Source of the DNA: Octopus sinensis
Lineage: Eukaryota
NCBI RefSeq assembly: GCF_006345805.1
Contig: NC_043013.1
Coordinates: 44,516,001-44,580,000, forward strand
Reading direction: 5' to 3'
DNA length: 64,000 nt
Shown here: positions 51,785 to 64,000 of the stretch, piece by piece
Layout: each line of letters starts with the position of its first letter
How positions within the stretch are numbered: the stretch's first letter is position 1
The notes under the pieces: generated by a model
Database searches by the model: none
What the model was told of the DNA's origin: nothing
Seen by the model: only the letters and a program-made list of their open reading frames with translations
Translations under genes and position numbers: made by a program

Positions 51785-52460
51785 TTGATTTGAGGGAAGA
51801 CTAGCTGTGTAGACTTTGTGGAGAAACTGGCACACATCTTGTCAGTGCTGGATAGCACTTTCTCAAGGAAGATACAAGTGGCGCAATGATAGAGTGCTTG
51901 CAACACTTGCTCACACTCTGGAGCAGAAAAGGCTCAAGAAACCTCATCATCAGAGGAAAGCAACAACTGCATTTAAGTTTGTGAAATAGAGAGAGAGGCC
52001 AGTAAAGTTGACAAAAACAACACATAGCTTACTGCATGGATCCCAATAATGGGATATGAAAGTGGACCTAGGAGAGGGACTGCAGTTTTCCCAGGTCGTC
52101 CATACAACCCTGAGGCCTGACATGGTTCTGTGGTCTGAAACGACTAAGAATGGTCCTAATTGAGCTCAGTCCTGTGGGAAGAGGTTTGTGATGAGGCCCA
52201 TGAACGGAAGTGTGCCAAATGTGAGAGTCTTCTGCAGGATGGCAGGTATGGTTTTCCCAGTCAAAGTTGGCTGTATGGGATTCCCTGCTCAGTCAGCATG
52301 GAAGATGCTTACAGCCATTGGAATGAGAGGGAAGATGTGAAGGGTGGCTGTGCACAGGATGAGAGAGGCAGCTGAAAGAGCCTCTTGTTTGCTTTGGAGC
52401 AAGAGCGAGGAGTTAAGCTGGAAGCCAGGAGGAGGTGAGGAGCAGTGACTTGGCCACCTC
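51785..52460 (+). mobile_element. Second HERO-clade fragment (Zn knuckle plus restriction-like endonuclease), degenerate
   Basis: LAHILS..ALSQGRYKWRNDRVLATLAHTLEQ, WDMKVDL..TTLRPDMVLWSE..LIEL..WEE..EAHERK, FPVKVGCMGF..EAAERASCLLW, with frameshifts. Confidence 0.85.
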
Positions 52461-53004
52461 TGCACACACACACACACACACACACATTTATACATAGTCT
52501 TTTATTATCTATGCTGGAGTGTTACATATGTTTTTAATCCTATGGTTTAATCATATTTTCATACTTTTATATTATTTTTTTTACTTTATGCTTCTACTTC
52601 ACTATATTTGGTTACCCTAATGTTTTTTAAATATTTAACACATCTAATCATATGTTATAAAAAGTTTTTGTAACTGCAAAATTATTCATCAATTCACTCT
52701 ATTAATTACTAGTTCATGATTTTCAACCCATCCTACGCATTCTTTTATCTAATTCTCGTAATCAAGTCTGACCATTGTTTACCTAAATATTAACAGACAC
52801 GAATTACTTATTGATGTTAATTTATATGTATGTGTATATGTTGTAGATGTATTTAGATGCATATGTATATGCATATTGAAATATATATATATATGTATGC
52901 ATATATGAACTTGTATGAAGTAGTATGTGTTTGGCTATGTTTATTTACAGAGGGTGTAAATGTATGTATGCATTTGTATATTTGCATATGTGTTATGATC
53001 AATA

Positions 53005-53400
53005 AATATCTGGTCTGTTGCCATAGTAATGAAACTAAAGCATGCAGAGTGAAGCCACCTGGCATAGATTCACCTTGAACTCTGCTGTGCATGCACACTA
53101 AGTTGTAGCATTCTAACTCACTTCTGCTGTTTACAACAATGCTTGGAAGGAAGGTGTGTAGCGTGTGATATTGCACTGACTTTGACAGAACAAGTTGCGC
53201 TGAGAATCTGCATCAAGTTTAGTCAAAAACTTGACAACATCTGCTCAGAGGCCTATGCAAAGTTTTCAATAAGTTTTCATTGTTCTTGACACAATCAAGG
53301 CGGTCTTGTGCAACTGAAACCCGAGTGTCTTTTTGGTCATCTGAAAGTAGTTTTGGCACAAACTTGGCAGACACATGTCTCGTACCCAAAATTTCTTAGC
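53005..53400. mobile_element. Rearranged mariner remnant
   Basis: Plus strand LRICIKF..KL....SEAY (N-terminus) joined to minus strand LGTRHVSAKFVPKLLSDDQKDTRV (WVPHEL-equivalent region). Confidence 0.7.
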
Positions 53401-54635
53401 ATGGCAGTGCTACAGTGGAGCATTACTTATTCAAGACAAGCTCTACAAGTACAGTTGTGTCAGCTGATGAATGTACTCGAGACGCACTTAGGGCAATAAA
53501 ACCATCCTTCATGCTATTGTTCAGTGCTCCCACATTAGCATCTTGTGTCAAACAGCTGCTGTCACTTGAAGAGCAATGTGTCACCTCCCTTTGGCAGGGA
53601 AGAATGGTTAGTCTTTCTCTGTTATGTGATTATGGCAGAAGAAATGGTGTGGTAGACTTGTCTGAAAGGTTTAAAAACAGGTGTTTTCCTTTCTGGCCTA
53701 ACTCACATCAACAAGGTGCCACGCAGTGGGACTGAACCCCGAACTATGAGGTTCGTAAGCAAGTTACTTACCACACAGCCACTCTTACGCCTGAAAGTTT
53801 AAAACAAAAAATATAAATGATGATAATACTAGGTTGAGATCTGTTTGTCTTTATGAAAGAAAAGTATTTCTAAGGTCAGCTATAAGTGCTTTTTATTTAA
53901 GTAATCTATCTCAGTTGACCTGTCTTATCTTATTATCTGTTCTGATTGACACAGAATGCAAACTCCAGTTTCACTTAATGTTTTTTGATTTATTTAACTA
54001 TGTCACCTAATAGGTTTGCAATGTTCTTCGTTGGAAAATAATTGGCTGCTTTTATTCCATAGCATTTATTGTGTGGCATCAAATAGGCAATCATAGTAAC
54101 ATCATCATCATCATTGTTTAACGCCCGTTTTCCATGCTAGCACGGGTCTGGGAAGCCAGGAGGCTGTACCAGGCTCCAGTCTATTGGATTGAATTCCTTG
54201 CAGAATTTATTTGGCTCTCTTTGCTCTGATTTCAAATACTATCTAGGTCAGCTCTGCCTTTTATCCTTTCAGGATCAACAAAAGGAGTTATAGTCCAGGG
54301 CAGTGGATCAATGGAATGTTAGGTCATTGTTTTGGCTTTGTGCATCTTGAGACCAAATCCTGACTTTTGTTACTGGAAGAAACTGGGTCCCTTTGGGGTT
54401 GTGTAAATACGGGGATAAACTGGGGCAGTCCTGTATCACGCAAAGATTTTATTTAATGTAACCACATCAGAACTACAAATAAACGTCAGTGTTTGAGGAA
54501 ATTAGTAGTGAGTAGTGTTAATAAAATTAATAAAGTTTGATGATATAAATAACTCAACATGTCATGGGAATTGAATTTTTAATGTTAGAAATTGGACCTT
54601 CTTTGGAGACAAAAAAAATGTAAATTGGTTTCAAT

Positions 54636-54975
54636 AGGTGTGGGCATGGCTGTGTGTTAAGAAGCTTGCTTTACAACCATATGGTTTTGGGTTCAATCCC
54701 ACTGCGTGGTATCTTGGGCAAATGTCTTTGACTGTAGTCTTGGGCTGACTCAATACTTTTGAGTGAATTGGTAGATAGAAACTGTTATTGTGTGTATGAC
54801 AGTGGTGTTGGTTTATTTATGTCATCATAACTTAGTGGATTGACAAAAGAGACTGACAGAGTAAGTACCAACTTAAAAAACATGTACTGGGATCAATTTG
54901 TTCATCTAAACCCTTAAAAAGGTTTAACCAGTGCCTAGCATGGCTGCAGTCCAATGAGTGAAACAAGTAAAAAAG
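54636..54975 (+). mobile_element. SINE family A (diverged)
   Basis: Head GGCATGGCTGTGTGTTAAG to tail TGAAACAAGTAAAAAAG. Confidence 0.8.
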
Positions 54976-55376
54976 GCAAAAAAGTTTATAAAGAACAATT
55001 CCATTTTTGTCTGTGAACATGGCTCTCTCTCTCCTGCCTAAGATATTTAAAATTCATGTCTGCCTACAGCATATGTATTGATTCAAATGTATACATTGCA
55101 AATATGTAATATAAGTACATACAAAGCACTTGTTAGCAGTGACTGTGGTAGTATTGCGTAATTAATGTTTTGTTAGCTTAAGTTTCTGCTTCTAACATAA
55201 ACTTATTAAAGAAAGCAACTGGAAATAGGTTGCTGCTAGATTTATTATTGTACCATTCACAATGCTTTGCAGCATTTCTTCTGGCAAAGTTCAAATGTCG
55301 CCAAGGTCAACTTTGCCTTTAATCCTCTTGGAGTTGATGAAATAAATAACAGTTAATCACTTGGGTCAGATAACAG

Positions 55377-55775
55377 TTACTCTTTTACTTGTTTCAGTCA
55401 TTTGACTGCGGCCATGCTGGAGCACCACCTTTAGTCCAGCAAATCGATCCCAGGACTTATTCTTTGTAAGCCGAGTACTTATTCTATCGGTCTCTTTTGC
55501 CGAACCGCTAAGTTACGGGGACGTAAACACACCAGCATCGGTTGTCAAGCGATGTTGGGCGGACAAACACACACACACACATGCACACACATATATATAT
55601 ATACATATATACGACGGGCTTCTTTCAGTTTCCGTCTACCAAATCCACTCACAAGGCTTTGGTCGGCCCGAGGCTATAGTAGAAGACACTTGCCCAAGGT
55701 GCCACGCAGTGGGACTGAACCCGGAACCATGTGGTTGGTAAGCAAGCTACTTACTACACAGCCACTCCAACGCCT
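55377..55775 (-). mobile_element. SINE family A (near consensus)
   Basis: Full-length reverse-complement copy. Further copies or fragments at about 5710-6210, 16210-16380, 19617-19730, 28270-28478, 46083-46490, 49710-50060 and 53712-53792. Confidence 0.9.
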
Positions 55776-57835
55776 GCAAAATTTTTAATTAGATCTTTTG
55801 TAATTTCTGGAAGAGATTTGAAATCACCACTTACGTGTTGTAGTACTACTTAACAACACTCATACCTACTGGGCCATCGAAGCAGCAACACGTTTAATCA
55901 CGTGGGCCAAATAACCGTTAATCACTAGTCCCTTTCTTCAAAATTTTCAGGCCTTGTGTTCATGGTAGAAAGGATTATTATTGTTATCGCTGTTGTTGTT
56001 ATTACAGGCAGTGAGCATGCCAGGTAAAATGCTTAGCAGCATTTTGTCTGTATTTACATTCTGAGTTCAAATTCCACTGGGGTTGACTTTGCTTTTCAGC
56101 CTTTCGGGCTCGATAAAGTAAGTACCAGTCGAGTATTGAGGTCAATGTAATCATCTTATCTTCTCCTGTGAATTTGCTGGCCTTCTGCCAAAATCTGAAA
56201 TTATTATTATTATTATTATTATTATTGCTAAGGTGGCAGATTGGCAGAATCATTAGCCTGTAGGACAAAAATGCTCAGCAGCATTTCACCTGCCTTTATG
56301 TTCTGAGTTCAAAATTTGCTAAGGTCAGCTTTATCTTTCATCCTTTGAGGTTGATAAATTAAGTACCAGTCAAGCACTTGGGTCGATGTAATCAACTAAC
56401 CCACTTCTCAAAAATTTCAGGCCTATGCCTCTAGTAGAAAAGATTATTCGCCGAGGTCGACTTTGCCTTTCATCCTTTCGGGATTGAAAGTACCAGTTAA
56501 GTACCAGTTACGCACTGGGGTCGATGTAATCGACTTAATCCGTTTGTCTGTCCTTGTTTGTCCCCTCTATGTTTAGCCCCTTGTGGGCTATATAGAAATA
56601 TATTATTATCACATTTATTATTATAGGTGGTACATCCTCCTTTGGAATCTGTAGAGAATTAACAAAGTCCTCAATGGAACCCTGAGGAACAAGATGTTAC
56701 TCAGTCTCACATTATTGTTATATGAACCAACAACATGCAGCTTTTCTAGAATGCTCGAGGAAGTGATTAATGTTAGGGTGTGTGTTGGTATTGAGTTTAA
56801 ACGGAATCTGCATATATTTTACTGATATTCGTATATACACACACACACATCTCTTCATATCTGTATTAATATACATATGAATGGGTGTGGTGTATTAATG
56901 TGTTTATACTGATTTATGTGTGTGTGTGTGTATATATGTATATGTGTGTGTATATATATATATGTATATATATATGTGCATGTATGTATTAAATGTGTAA
57001 ATATGTATGAATGTAAATGTATATGTTTTTATGAGTGAACTCATAAAACAAAAAGGCACTCAACATATTTAGTAGGAATGACATATATTATGATTTAAAA
57101 CAGGTTTGATTTGTCTTTTTGCGAATTTAGGTTCCACAGGCTTCTTAAAGAAACCTTGTTGCATGCGAGATAAGGCGGCGAGCTGGCAGAAACATTTGCA
57201 TGCCAGGTGAAATGCTTAGCTGTATTTCGTCTGCCGTTACGCTCTGAGTTCAAATTCCGCCAAGGTCAACTTTGCCTTTCATCCTTTTGGGGTTGATAAA
57301 TTAAGTACCAGTTACACACTGGGGTCGATATAATCGACTTAATGCCCTTGTTTGTCCCTCTATGTTTAGCCCCTTGTGGGCAATAAAGAAATAAGAAACC
57401 TCATTGCATGGAGCCAACTCAAACTATTTTAAATTATCATTTCTACTATAGGCACAAGGCCTGAAATTGTGGGGGAGGGGGATTAGTTGCTTACATCGAC
57501 TCCAGTGCATAACTGGTACTTAATTTATTGACCCCGGAAGGATGCTCATGCGTACATATACATACACATTATGTCTGTCACTTGGAATTGAGGATGGTTC
57601 ATTAATATGTACCATGCTTTTACTAACTGTTTTAAGTAGCTATCTAGCCACTGGCAGACATAAGTACACTTGCTATTTGCTGAGACATATTGGCAGTTGT
57701 CTAACAGAGGGAGTCTCAATGGGATCATTTGATCTTCTAGAAATAGCATTCAAATCTCCTTCAAATTTCACTTTGCCATCTGAAAATATAGTATAGATTC
57801 ATGGTTAATTATAGTTTTACATACACTATGTTTAA

Positions 57836-58229
57836 CCCTTTAACATTCAAATTACTTCGTTAAATCTGGTGCTTATTTACCCTTTTACTTGTTTCAGTCA
57901 TTTGACTGTGGCCATGCTGGAGCCCTGCCTTTAGTCGAGCAAATCGATCCCAGGACTTATTCTTTCTAAGCCTAGTACTTATTCTATCGGTTTCTTTTGC
58001 CGAACCGCTAAGTTACAGGGACGTAAATACATCAGCATCGGTTGTCAGGCGATGTTGGGGGGGACAAACACAAACACACAAACATATACACACACATACA
58101 TACATGTGTGTGTATATATATATATATATATATACATCAGCATCGGTTGTCAAGCGATGTTGGGGGAACAAACACAAATGTTTGTGTGTTTGTGTTTGTC
58201 CCCCCAACATCGCTTGACAACCGATGCTG

Positions 58230-58260
<31 letters not shown>

Positions 58261-58591
58261 CGACAGGCTTCTTTCAGTTTTGGTCTACCAAATCCACTCA
58301 CAAGGCTTTGGTTGGCCCGAGGCTATAGTAGAAGACACTTGCCCAAGGTGCCACGCAGTGGGAATGAACCTGGAACCATGTGGTTAGTAAGCAAGCTACT
58401 TACCACACAGCCACAATATTTATTCACATTGTTTTGAATTAATCCTGTATTGTCAGTTAGTTGTCAGATTTCTATGAGGTAACTGTTAATTTTTAGAATG
58501 ATATTGTAGGGGTGGTGTGAGAGGCCAGATCTGGCCAGTTTGAACAGGTAGAATATTTTGGCTGGGTGTGGCTGGTTTAAATGCTAAAGGG
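57836..58591. mobile_element. piggyBac-type MITE interrupted by a SINE
   Basis: TTAA|CCCTTT start; the 3' part matches 48808-49028 and ends AAAGGG|TTGA. Confidence 0.8.
57882..58413 (-). mobile_element. SINE family A with internal direct and inverted duplication, nested in a piggyBac MITE
   Basis: Consensus SINE with the segment CATCAGCATCGGTTGTCAAGCGATGTTGGGG present three times, one inverted. Confidence 0.85.
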
Positions 58592-58837
58592 TTGAAAACA
58601 AACCTGATTTTTGTGGCTGTAACATTTTTGACCATAGGGCTGTTGGATCGGCACTGACCAGGAGCTAATCAACAACAAGAGAGAGAGAGAGAGAGAGGGC
58701 AGAGGGAGGGAGAGAGAGAGAGAGAGTCATATAGACGTGATACCAAGTTCCCAGAATCTTTAGCTCTCTGTCTTGCGCCCTGTATTTCTTGCAGACATAT
58801 CAAATTTTTGTCTTACCGTTTCCGTCTTTATTTCCAG

Positions 58838-59013
58838 TGACACCACTAGATGTTGTGAAAATTCGGTTACAGAGTCAAAGGCAGCCCTTGAGCCGAGGGC
58901 AACAGTTCATATACTGCAACGGACTCATGGAGCACATGTGTACGTGTACCAATGGAATTAATGGTAAACCAATGCCATGGTTCTCCAAACCAGGACATTT
59001 TTCTGGAACAATA
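58838..59013 (+). CDS. SLC25A40: SLC25A39/40-family carrier, second coding exon
   Basis: Acceptor TCTTTATTTCCAG|, donor |GTAAGT. Encodes (M)[58 protein letters not shown], with the carrier signature PxDxxKxR and the family motif YCNGLMxH. Confidence 0.93.
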
Positions 59014-59413
59014 GTAAGTTAAGATTTCTCATTTCCATCTTCAGTTTCATCATCATTATGTCTGGGGTTTTTTTTTCCCATACTGGCATATGTGTTGGAC
59101 CAGTTCTGTGCCTTACCATGTATTATGGTCCATAAAGAAAATGATCAAACTTTATTGTTGTATATGTCATATTGTTATACATTTCATTCATTGTTCGACT
59201 GTGGTCGAGACAGTGGAATTTACTATGTTGTGCCAGATTTTACGGTCCATCATAGCATTATGGAGGTCCTGTTGCCTGATGCCTGTATCCCTGGAGATTA
59301 CATCAGGGTAGGAGAGTGTGCGCCCTCTGGTATCGCGAGCAGATGGCTTCCAGATAGCTCTGCGTTTTAGAAGTTTGCTATTCAACCATATGGCTTTGGC
59401 TTCAGTCTAACTG

Positions 59414-59597
59414 CACGCACACACACACTCACACACACTCACACTCACACACACTCACACACTCACACACACTCACACACACTCACACACACTCACACAC
59501 ACTCACACACACTCACACACACTCACACACTCACTCACACTCACTCACACACTCACACACTCACACCACACACACACTCACACACACACACACACAC

Positions 59598-59631
<34 letters not shown>

Positions 59632-59737
59632 ACACACACACACACTCACACACACACTCACACACACACACTCACACACACTCACACACACACACACTCA
59701 CACACACACACACACAACACACACACACACACACCAC

Positions 59738-59768
<31 letters not shown>

Positions 59769-59848
59769 ACACACACACACACCACACCACACACACACAC
59801 ACTCACACACACACTCACACTCACACACACACACTCACCACACACACA

Positions 59849-59879
<31 letters not shown>

Positions 59880-59880
59880 C
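59414..59880. repeat. (CA)n/(CACT) microsatellite
   Basis: Directly visible; flanked by SINE A remnants. Confidence 0.96.
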
Positions 59881-60075
59881 AAGGTTTATCTGGAGCTACA
59901 GTAGAAGACAGTTGTCTAATGTGCCACATAGTAGAATTGAACCTTGCACTATGTGGTTTCAAAGCTAAATTCCTAACTGCACAGCCATGCTTATGCCTGT
60001 ACTTGCTGAGAGAAAAAAATGCTGTAAATTGACGGTAGAAGATACTAACTGTAGAAGATAACCAAGGAAGATTAA

Positions 60076-60296
60076 CCCTTTAGCGTTCACATTATTCTGT
60101 CAAAATTAATCCTTTTGTATCCACATTGTTTTGAACTAATCATGCATTATCTTGTAGCTATGAGATTTTGATGAGGTTGCTGTTAATTTTTAAAACGATA
60201 TTGTAGGGTTGGTGTGAGAGACCAGATCTGGCCAGTTTGAACATAAAACAGGCAGAATACTTTTGGCCGGATATGGCCGGTTTAAATGCTAAAGGG
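60076..60296. mobile_element. piggyBac-type MITE
   Basis: TTAA|CCCTTTAGC ... GCTAAAGGG|TTAA. Confidence 0.92.
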
Positions 60297-60300
60297 TTAA

Positions 60301-61373
60301 CCCTTTCGTTACCAAACCGCCCAAAGCCGCCCGAAAAAAATTTTGGTTAATGTGACCAAACCGCCCAGAGCCGCCCGAATTTACCTATTCATATTTAAAT
60401 GAGAATATCAGAGCAAATCTCTTTAGTACATTCGTGAAAACACGTATTATATTTCGTAAACAGTTCAACTACAGTTTTGTACAACAATCGAAGTGTAATT
60501 TTAATTCCGTGAATTTTGGGAGATTTTTTTCCGAAATTTGTTCCTATTGTGTTTTCAAAATTTGTAATTCTGACAAAAAATGGATACGAATTTCATTATA
60601 TCAAGCAGCGAGTCAGAATTCGAAGGATTTTCTACTGAAGACCTTCATAAATCTAACTCTATGACTGAAAAAAAAAAGCATGTGGTATTTGATAATGAAT
60701 CTGATGTTTCATTTTCCGAAAGTGAAAACAGTGAATCCGAGAGCTCCAACAGCGATAAAGAAAATGAATTGGCACCTGAATGGAGTGAAAATTTAAAAAC
60801 TGTTTCTTTCGGTGATTTTTCTGAAGAAACTGGACCAAGCCACAGACTTTCCCAGAAGAGTATTTCTTTTTACTTTTTCGAATGAGCCCATTTGAACTCA
60901 TTACGGCGAAAACGAACTGTTACGCTAAACGTAAACAAAGCGAAAGAAATGATAGTTTGTGGTTTCCCATAACCTTAAATGAAATTAAGACTATTTTGCC
61001 ATAAATATTATTATGGGTATCAGAAAGTTACCCAGAATAACAAATTCTATCGTAAAATTTTGTTGTATACCCAATTGAATATTAGCTAATAATCCATTTT
61101 CTATAGCGATGTTTGATCAAAATTTTAATAATTTTATATTTTGTTGAATTTACCTGTATCTACCTGCAATTAGAGTCACTTTGTGACAAAAATTATAGTA
61201 TAGAATTGGTTGAGAATATTTCATTAAATTATCTTCCAAAAATCAGATTAATATATCGATAAATAAAAAAGTTATAGTTGTTTAATGAAACCAGACTAAA
61301 TTTATGATTACGTTAGAAATTAATTGAAACACATAAGGGGTGTAATTTGGTCAGAAATATAGTAACGAAAGGG
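60301..61373 (+). mobile_element. Internally deleted piggyBac transposon
   Basis: TTAA|CCCTTTCGTTAC ... GTAACGAAAGGG|TTAA; acidic N-terminus (ORF 60580..60885) then frameshifted FELITAKTNCYA..WFPITLNEIK..IIMGIRKLPRI, typical of piggyBac transposases; catalytic core missing. Confidence 0.9.
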
Positions 61374-61844
61374 TTAAGGAAGAAATTGTTTAGAACATAA
61401 GGACCCACAATTCTTGGATACATTTAGAGATACTGTAATACAGACTCATTTAGTCTTATATTGATCTTAAATCAATGGTTCATCAGTCATCATCATCATC
61501 GTTTAATGTCTACCTTCCATGCTAGAATGGGTGGGATGGTTTCACAAGAGCTGGCCAGGTAGAAGCCTGCACCAAACTTCTGTGAATGTTTTGGCAGGGT
61601 TTTTACAGCTGGATGCCCTTCCAAGCGCCAACCACTTTACAGTGTGGACCGAGTGCTTTTAAGTGGCATCTGCATTGACAGGGTCACCAAGTACCTTGCA
61701 AGACAAAAAAAAAAAAATTAATTCTTATTTTGATTACGTTACATTTGTTCCTGTCTGTGGTATTTTTTCATTTCATATCAGAAATATGAAGCCATGTAAC
61801 TTAATACCAGATTGCTTAGAAATTATTTGTAAATTTTCTTCTAG

Positions 61845-61912
61845 GATGCCTTCATCAAAATAACACGTACAGAAGGACTCCGTTCCCTATGGAGTGGTCT
61901 TCCCCCGACTCT
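61845..61912 (+). CDS. SLC25A40: SLC25A39/40-family carrier, third coding exon (gene continues beyond window)
   Basis: Acceptor AATTTTCTTCTAG|, phase 0. Encodes DAFIKITRTEGLRSLWSGLPPT(L), close to SLC25A40 DAFxKIxRxEGxxSLWSGLPPTL. Phase-2 donor CT|GTAGGT. Confidence 0.92.
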
Positions 61913-62299
61913 GTAGGTATTGTTTTTGTTTATTACATCATCAGCATTTCTCTTTCTTCATCTATCTCACACCCATAATTCTGGATTCTTCACTTCTCTT
62001 CCCTGCTGTTAATTCACATCTAAGACCGAGATCTGCTTTCCCTTGTGATTTCTAATGAATTTCAGCTTGCATCTGTCACTAAAGAATTTACAGTGGCCAG
62101 TTATTACATGTACATGCCGTGGGTTTGGAGTTTCTTTTGACATTGATGTCTTTCAGTAGCATGTCTTTGTCAAGTATTTAATCTGGACTGCTTGTGTTTC
62201 TGATACAGACATAAACATCTGAGATCACAACCAAAAGAAGATTACTAAGCTGGTTAGCAAAAATCATCTGTTCCGCCTAAAAGAAGACATTAATTTTGT

Positions 62300-64000
62300 T
62301 TCCATTTTAGTTGGAGAATTGTTCTCTGTGAACGAAAATGTCAGTATCCATAAGGTCGCTCGGCTAGGAAGATTCCAAGCGAACCCAACCTCAGATACTA
62401 GACCACGCCCAATAAGGGTAATCTTTTCTTCCGATCAGGAGGCTTCAGACGCATGCCTGGGAGGACCCCAATATGGGTTTTCGCGAGGAATACTCACTGA
62501 GAGAGAGAATTCGCCGGAGAAACCTAATATCCGAACTAAAGATGAGGAAACAAATGGGAGAGAAGGGTTTACACATCCAAGATGGACAAATAATCAAGTC
62601 CTACCTCTGGTCGCATGCTGTAGTGCTGACAGGGAAAGTGAAGTGAGGGCAAATCGAAGTGAAGTTGATACCCCCGTCAACGATGCTATCTCTGATACCC
62701 CTTATTCTGCTTGTTCCCCAACTCCCGCCCCTCAAACTTCACAGCTCAGCATCGTCTATACCAACTCGTGCTCCTTATTCCCAAAGTTCAGCGAACTATT
62801 TACACTGGCCATACGTGACTCCCCTGATGTGATAGCTATCACCGAGACTTGGCTGACTCCAGCAGTAAAGGACTCAGAAATCCACCTACAGGGCTACGTC
62901 CTTTTCAGATGTGACAGAGAAAAAGGCGAGGTGGAGGTGTTGCTGTGTATGTCAAATCTGAGCACAAACCGTCCAGCGGTATTCTACCCACTAATGCTCA
63001 ACCTACACAAAATTCGATGCCGTCTATTGCAAGCTGAGCCTATCCGGGTTTTGCCTGCTCGTGTTAGCTGTCCACAGGCCACCTCTTGCCGACCCCCAGG
63101 ATGATGCTCATTTACTCAAAGTGATAAGATTCGTTTCAGCTTTGCATGACTGTTTGGTACTAGGAGACTTCAACGCTCCCACGATCGATTGGCCCGCATC
63201 AATTTGTACAACATCTTCCCGGTTCGGCCAGGCCCTTCTTGACGTGGCTGAAGATTGTTTTCTATCGCAACATGTTGAATATCCGACAAGGCATCGGTCT
63301 GGGCAGCAGCCATCTATGCTGGATCTGGTATTCTCCCGCTATCCAAGATCAGTGTCAGACGTATCTGTATGCGCCCCTCAAGAGTGACCATGCGGTCCTG
63401 AAGTTCGTCATGCACACAACTTTTTCTACGCCCACGACTACTTCGCTGCCACGTAGAGTCTTCTCTGCAATTAATCTTGAAATTCTAACCGAGGCTTCCG
63501 CGCTTCTGGACTGGCGATCCCTGATGACGTTGTCCTCAGTTGACGAACTATGGTCATCCCTCAAAGCATATGTAATCTGGTTGACTGACCAGGCAGTTCC
63601 CGTTGGGCTTCCCAAGAAGAAACACAAGCCCTGGGTGACGAAGAAGGTTAAACGAGAACGTTGACTCAGAGATATTGCTTGGGCTGAATTCAAAAATCTG
63701 GATTCGACTGCAGCTTTTGAGGTGTACAAAACTCAACAAGACCGAGCCGTGAAAATTGAAAAGGAAGAACACTTCAGTTATGAATACAAAATCGCAGCAA
63801 ATGCCACTAGCAATCCAAAAACCTTCTTTGCCCATGTCCAACGGAATTCCCGCTTGAACAACCAGATTGTAACGTTGGTAGACTCAACAGGCATATCGAT
63901 TGAGGACCCTTATCAACAGAGTCAATTATTTGCCGAGGCTTTTTCAACTATTTTCAAACAAGATGATGGTCGTGAACCCCCTCCATTTGATAGATCGGTA
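62300..64000 (+). mobile_element. CR1-like LINE (ORF1 C-terminus plus APE endonuclease of ORF2), frameshifted, runs off window
   Basis: RLGR..RPRPIRV (ORF1); VYTNSCSL..PDVIAITETWL..GYVLFRCDR, VLGDFNAPTIDW, LSQHVEYPTR..LDLVF, SDH, KPWVT, NPKTFF; intronic in the SLC25A40-like gene. Confidence 0.9.

Noticed and set aside
58789-59022. ORF-track 77-aa protein as a standalone gene
   Set aside because: It is an internal exon read through into intron sequence; the splice boundaries are 58838-59013.

Overview
Eukaryotic, AT-rich, repeat-saturated genomic DNA. The SINE, RTE and Penelope repeat repertoire is typical of an octopus (coleoid cephalopod); this is inferred from remembered repeat motifs, not from a search. 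The only protein-coding host gene I can support is the 5' part of an SLC25A39/SLC25A40-family mitochondrial glutathione carrier on the + strand (coding exons 44242-44347, 58838-59013, 61845-61912; it continues past the window). A spliced divergent minus-strand transcript (about 43.9 kb to 25.6 kb) is possible but weakly supported. The rest is microsatellites and transposons: tRNA-derived SINEs, RTE, CR1-like and HERO (RLE) LINE fragments, Penelope-like fragments, a Helitron helicase plus non-autonomous Helitrons, maT (DD37D), mariner, piggyBac and several MITEs. Most interesting observations: GG-terminal MITE families, two with clear 8-bp TSDs, that all carry telomere-like repeats; a Penelope hammerhead ribozyme split by a HERO insertion with an 82-bp tandem array; a degenerate HDV-like ribozyme; an orphan four-way-junction element; and long fold-back hairpins. 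Nearly all short ORFs in the supplied track are microsatellite or repeat artefacts. I see no convincing new multi-gene system.
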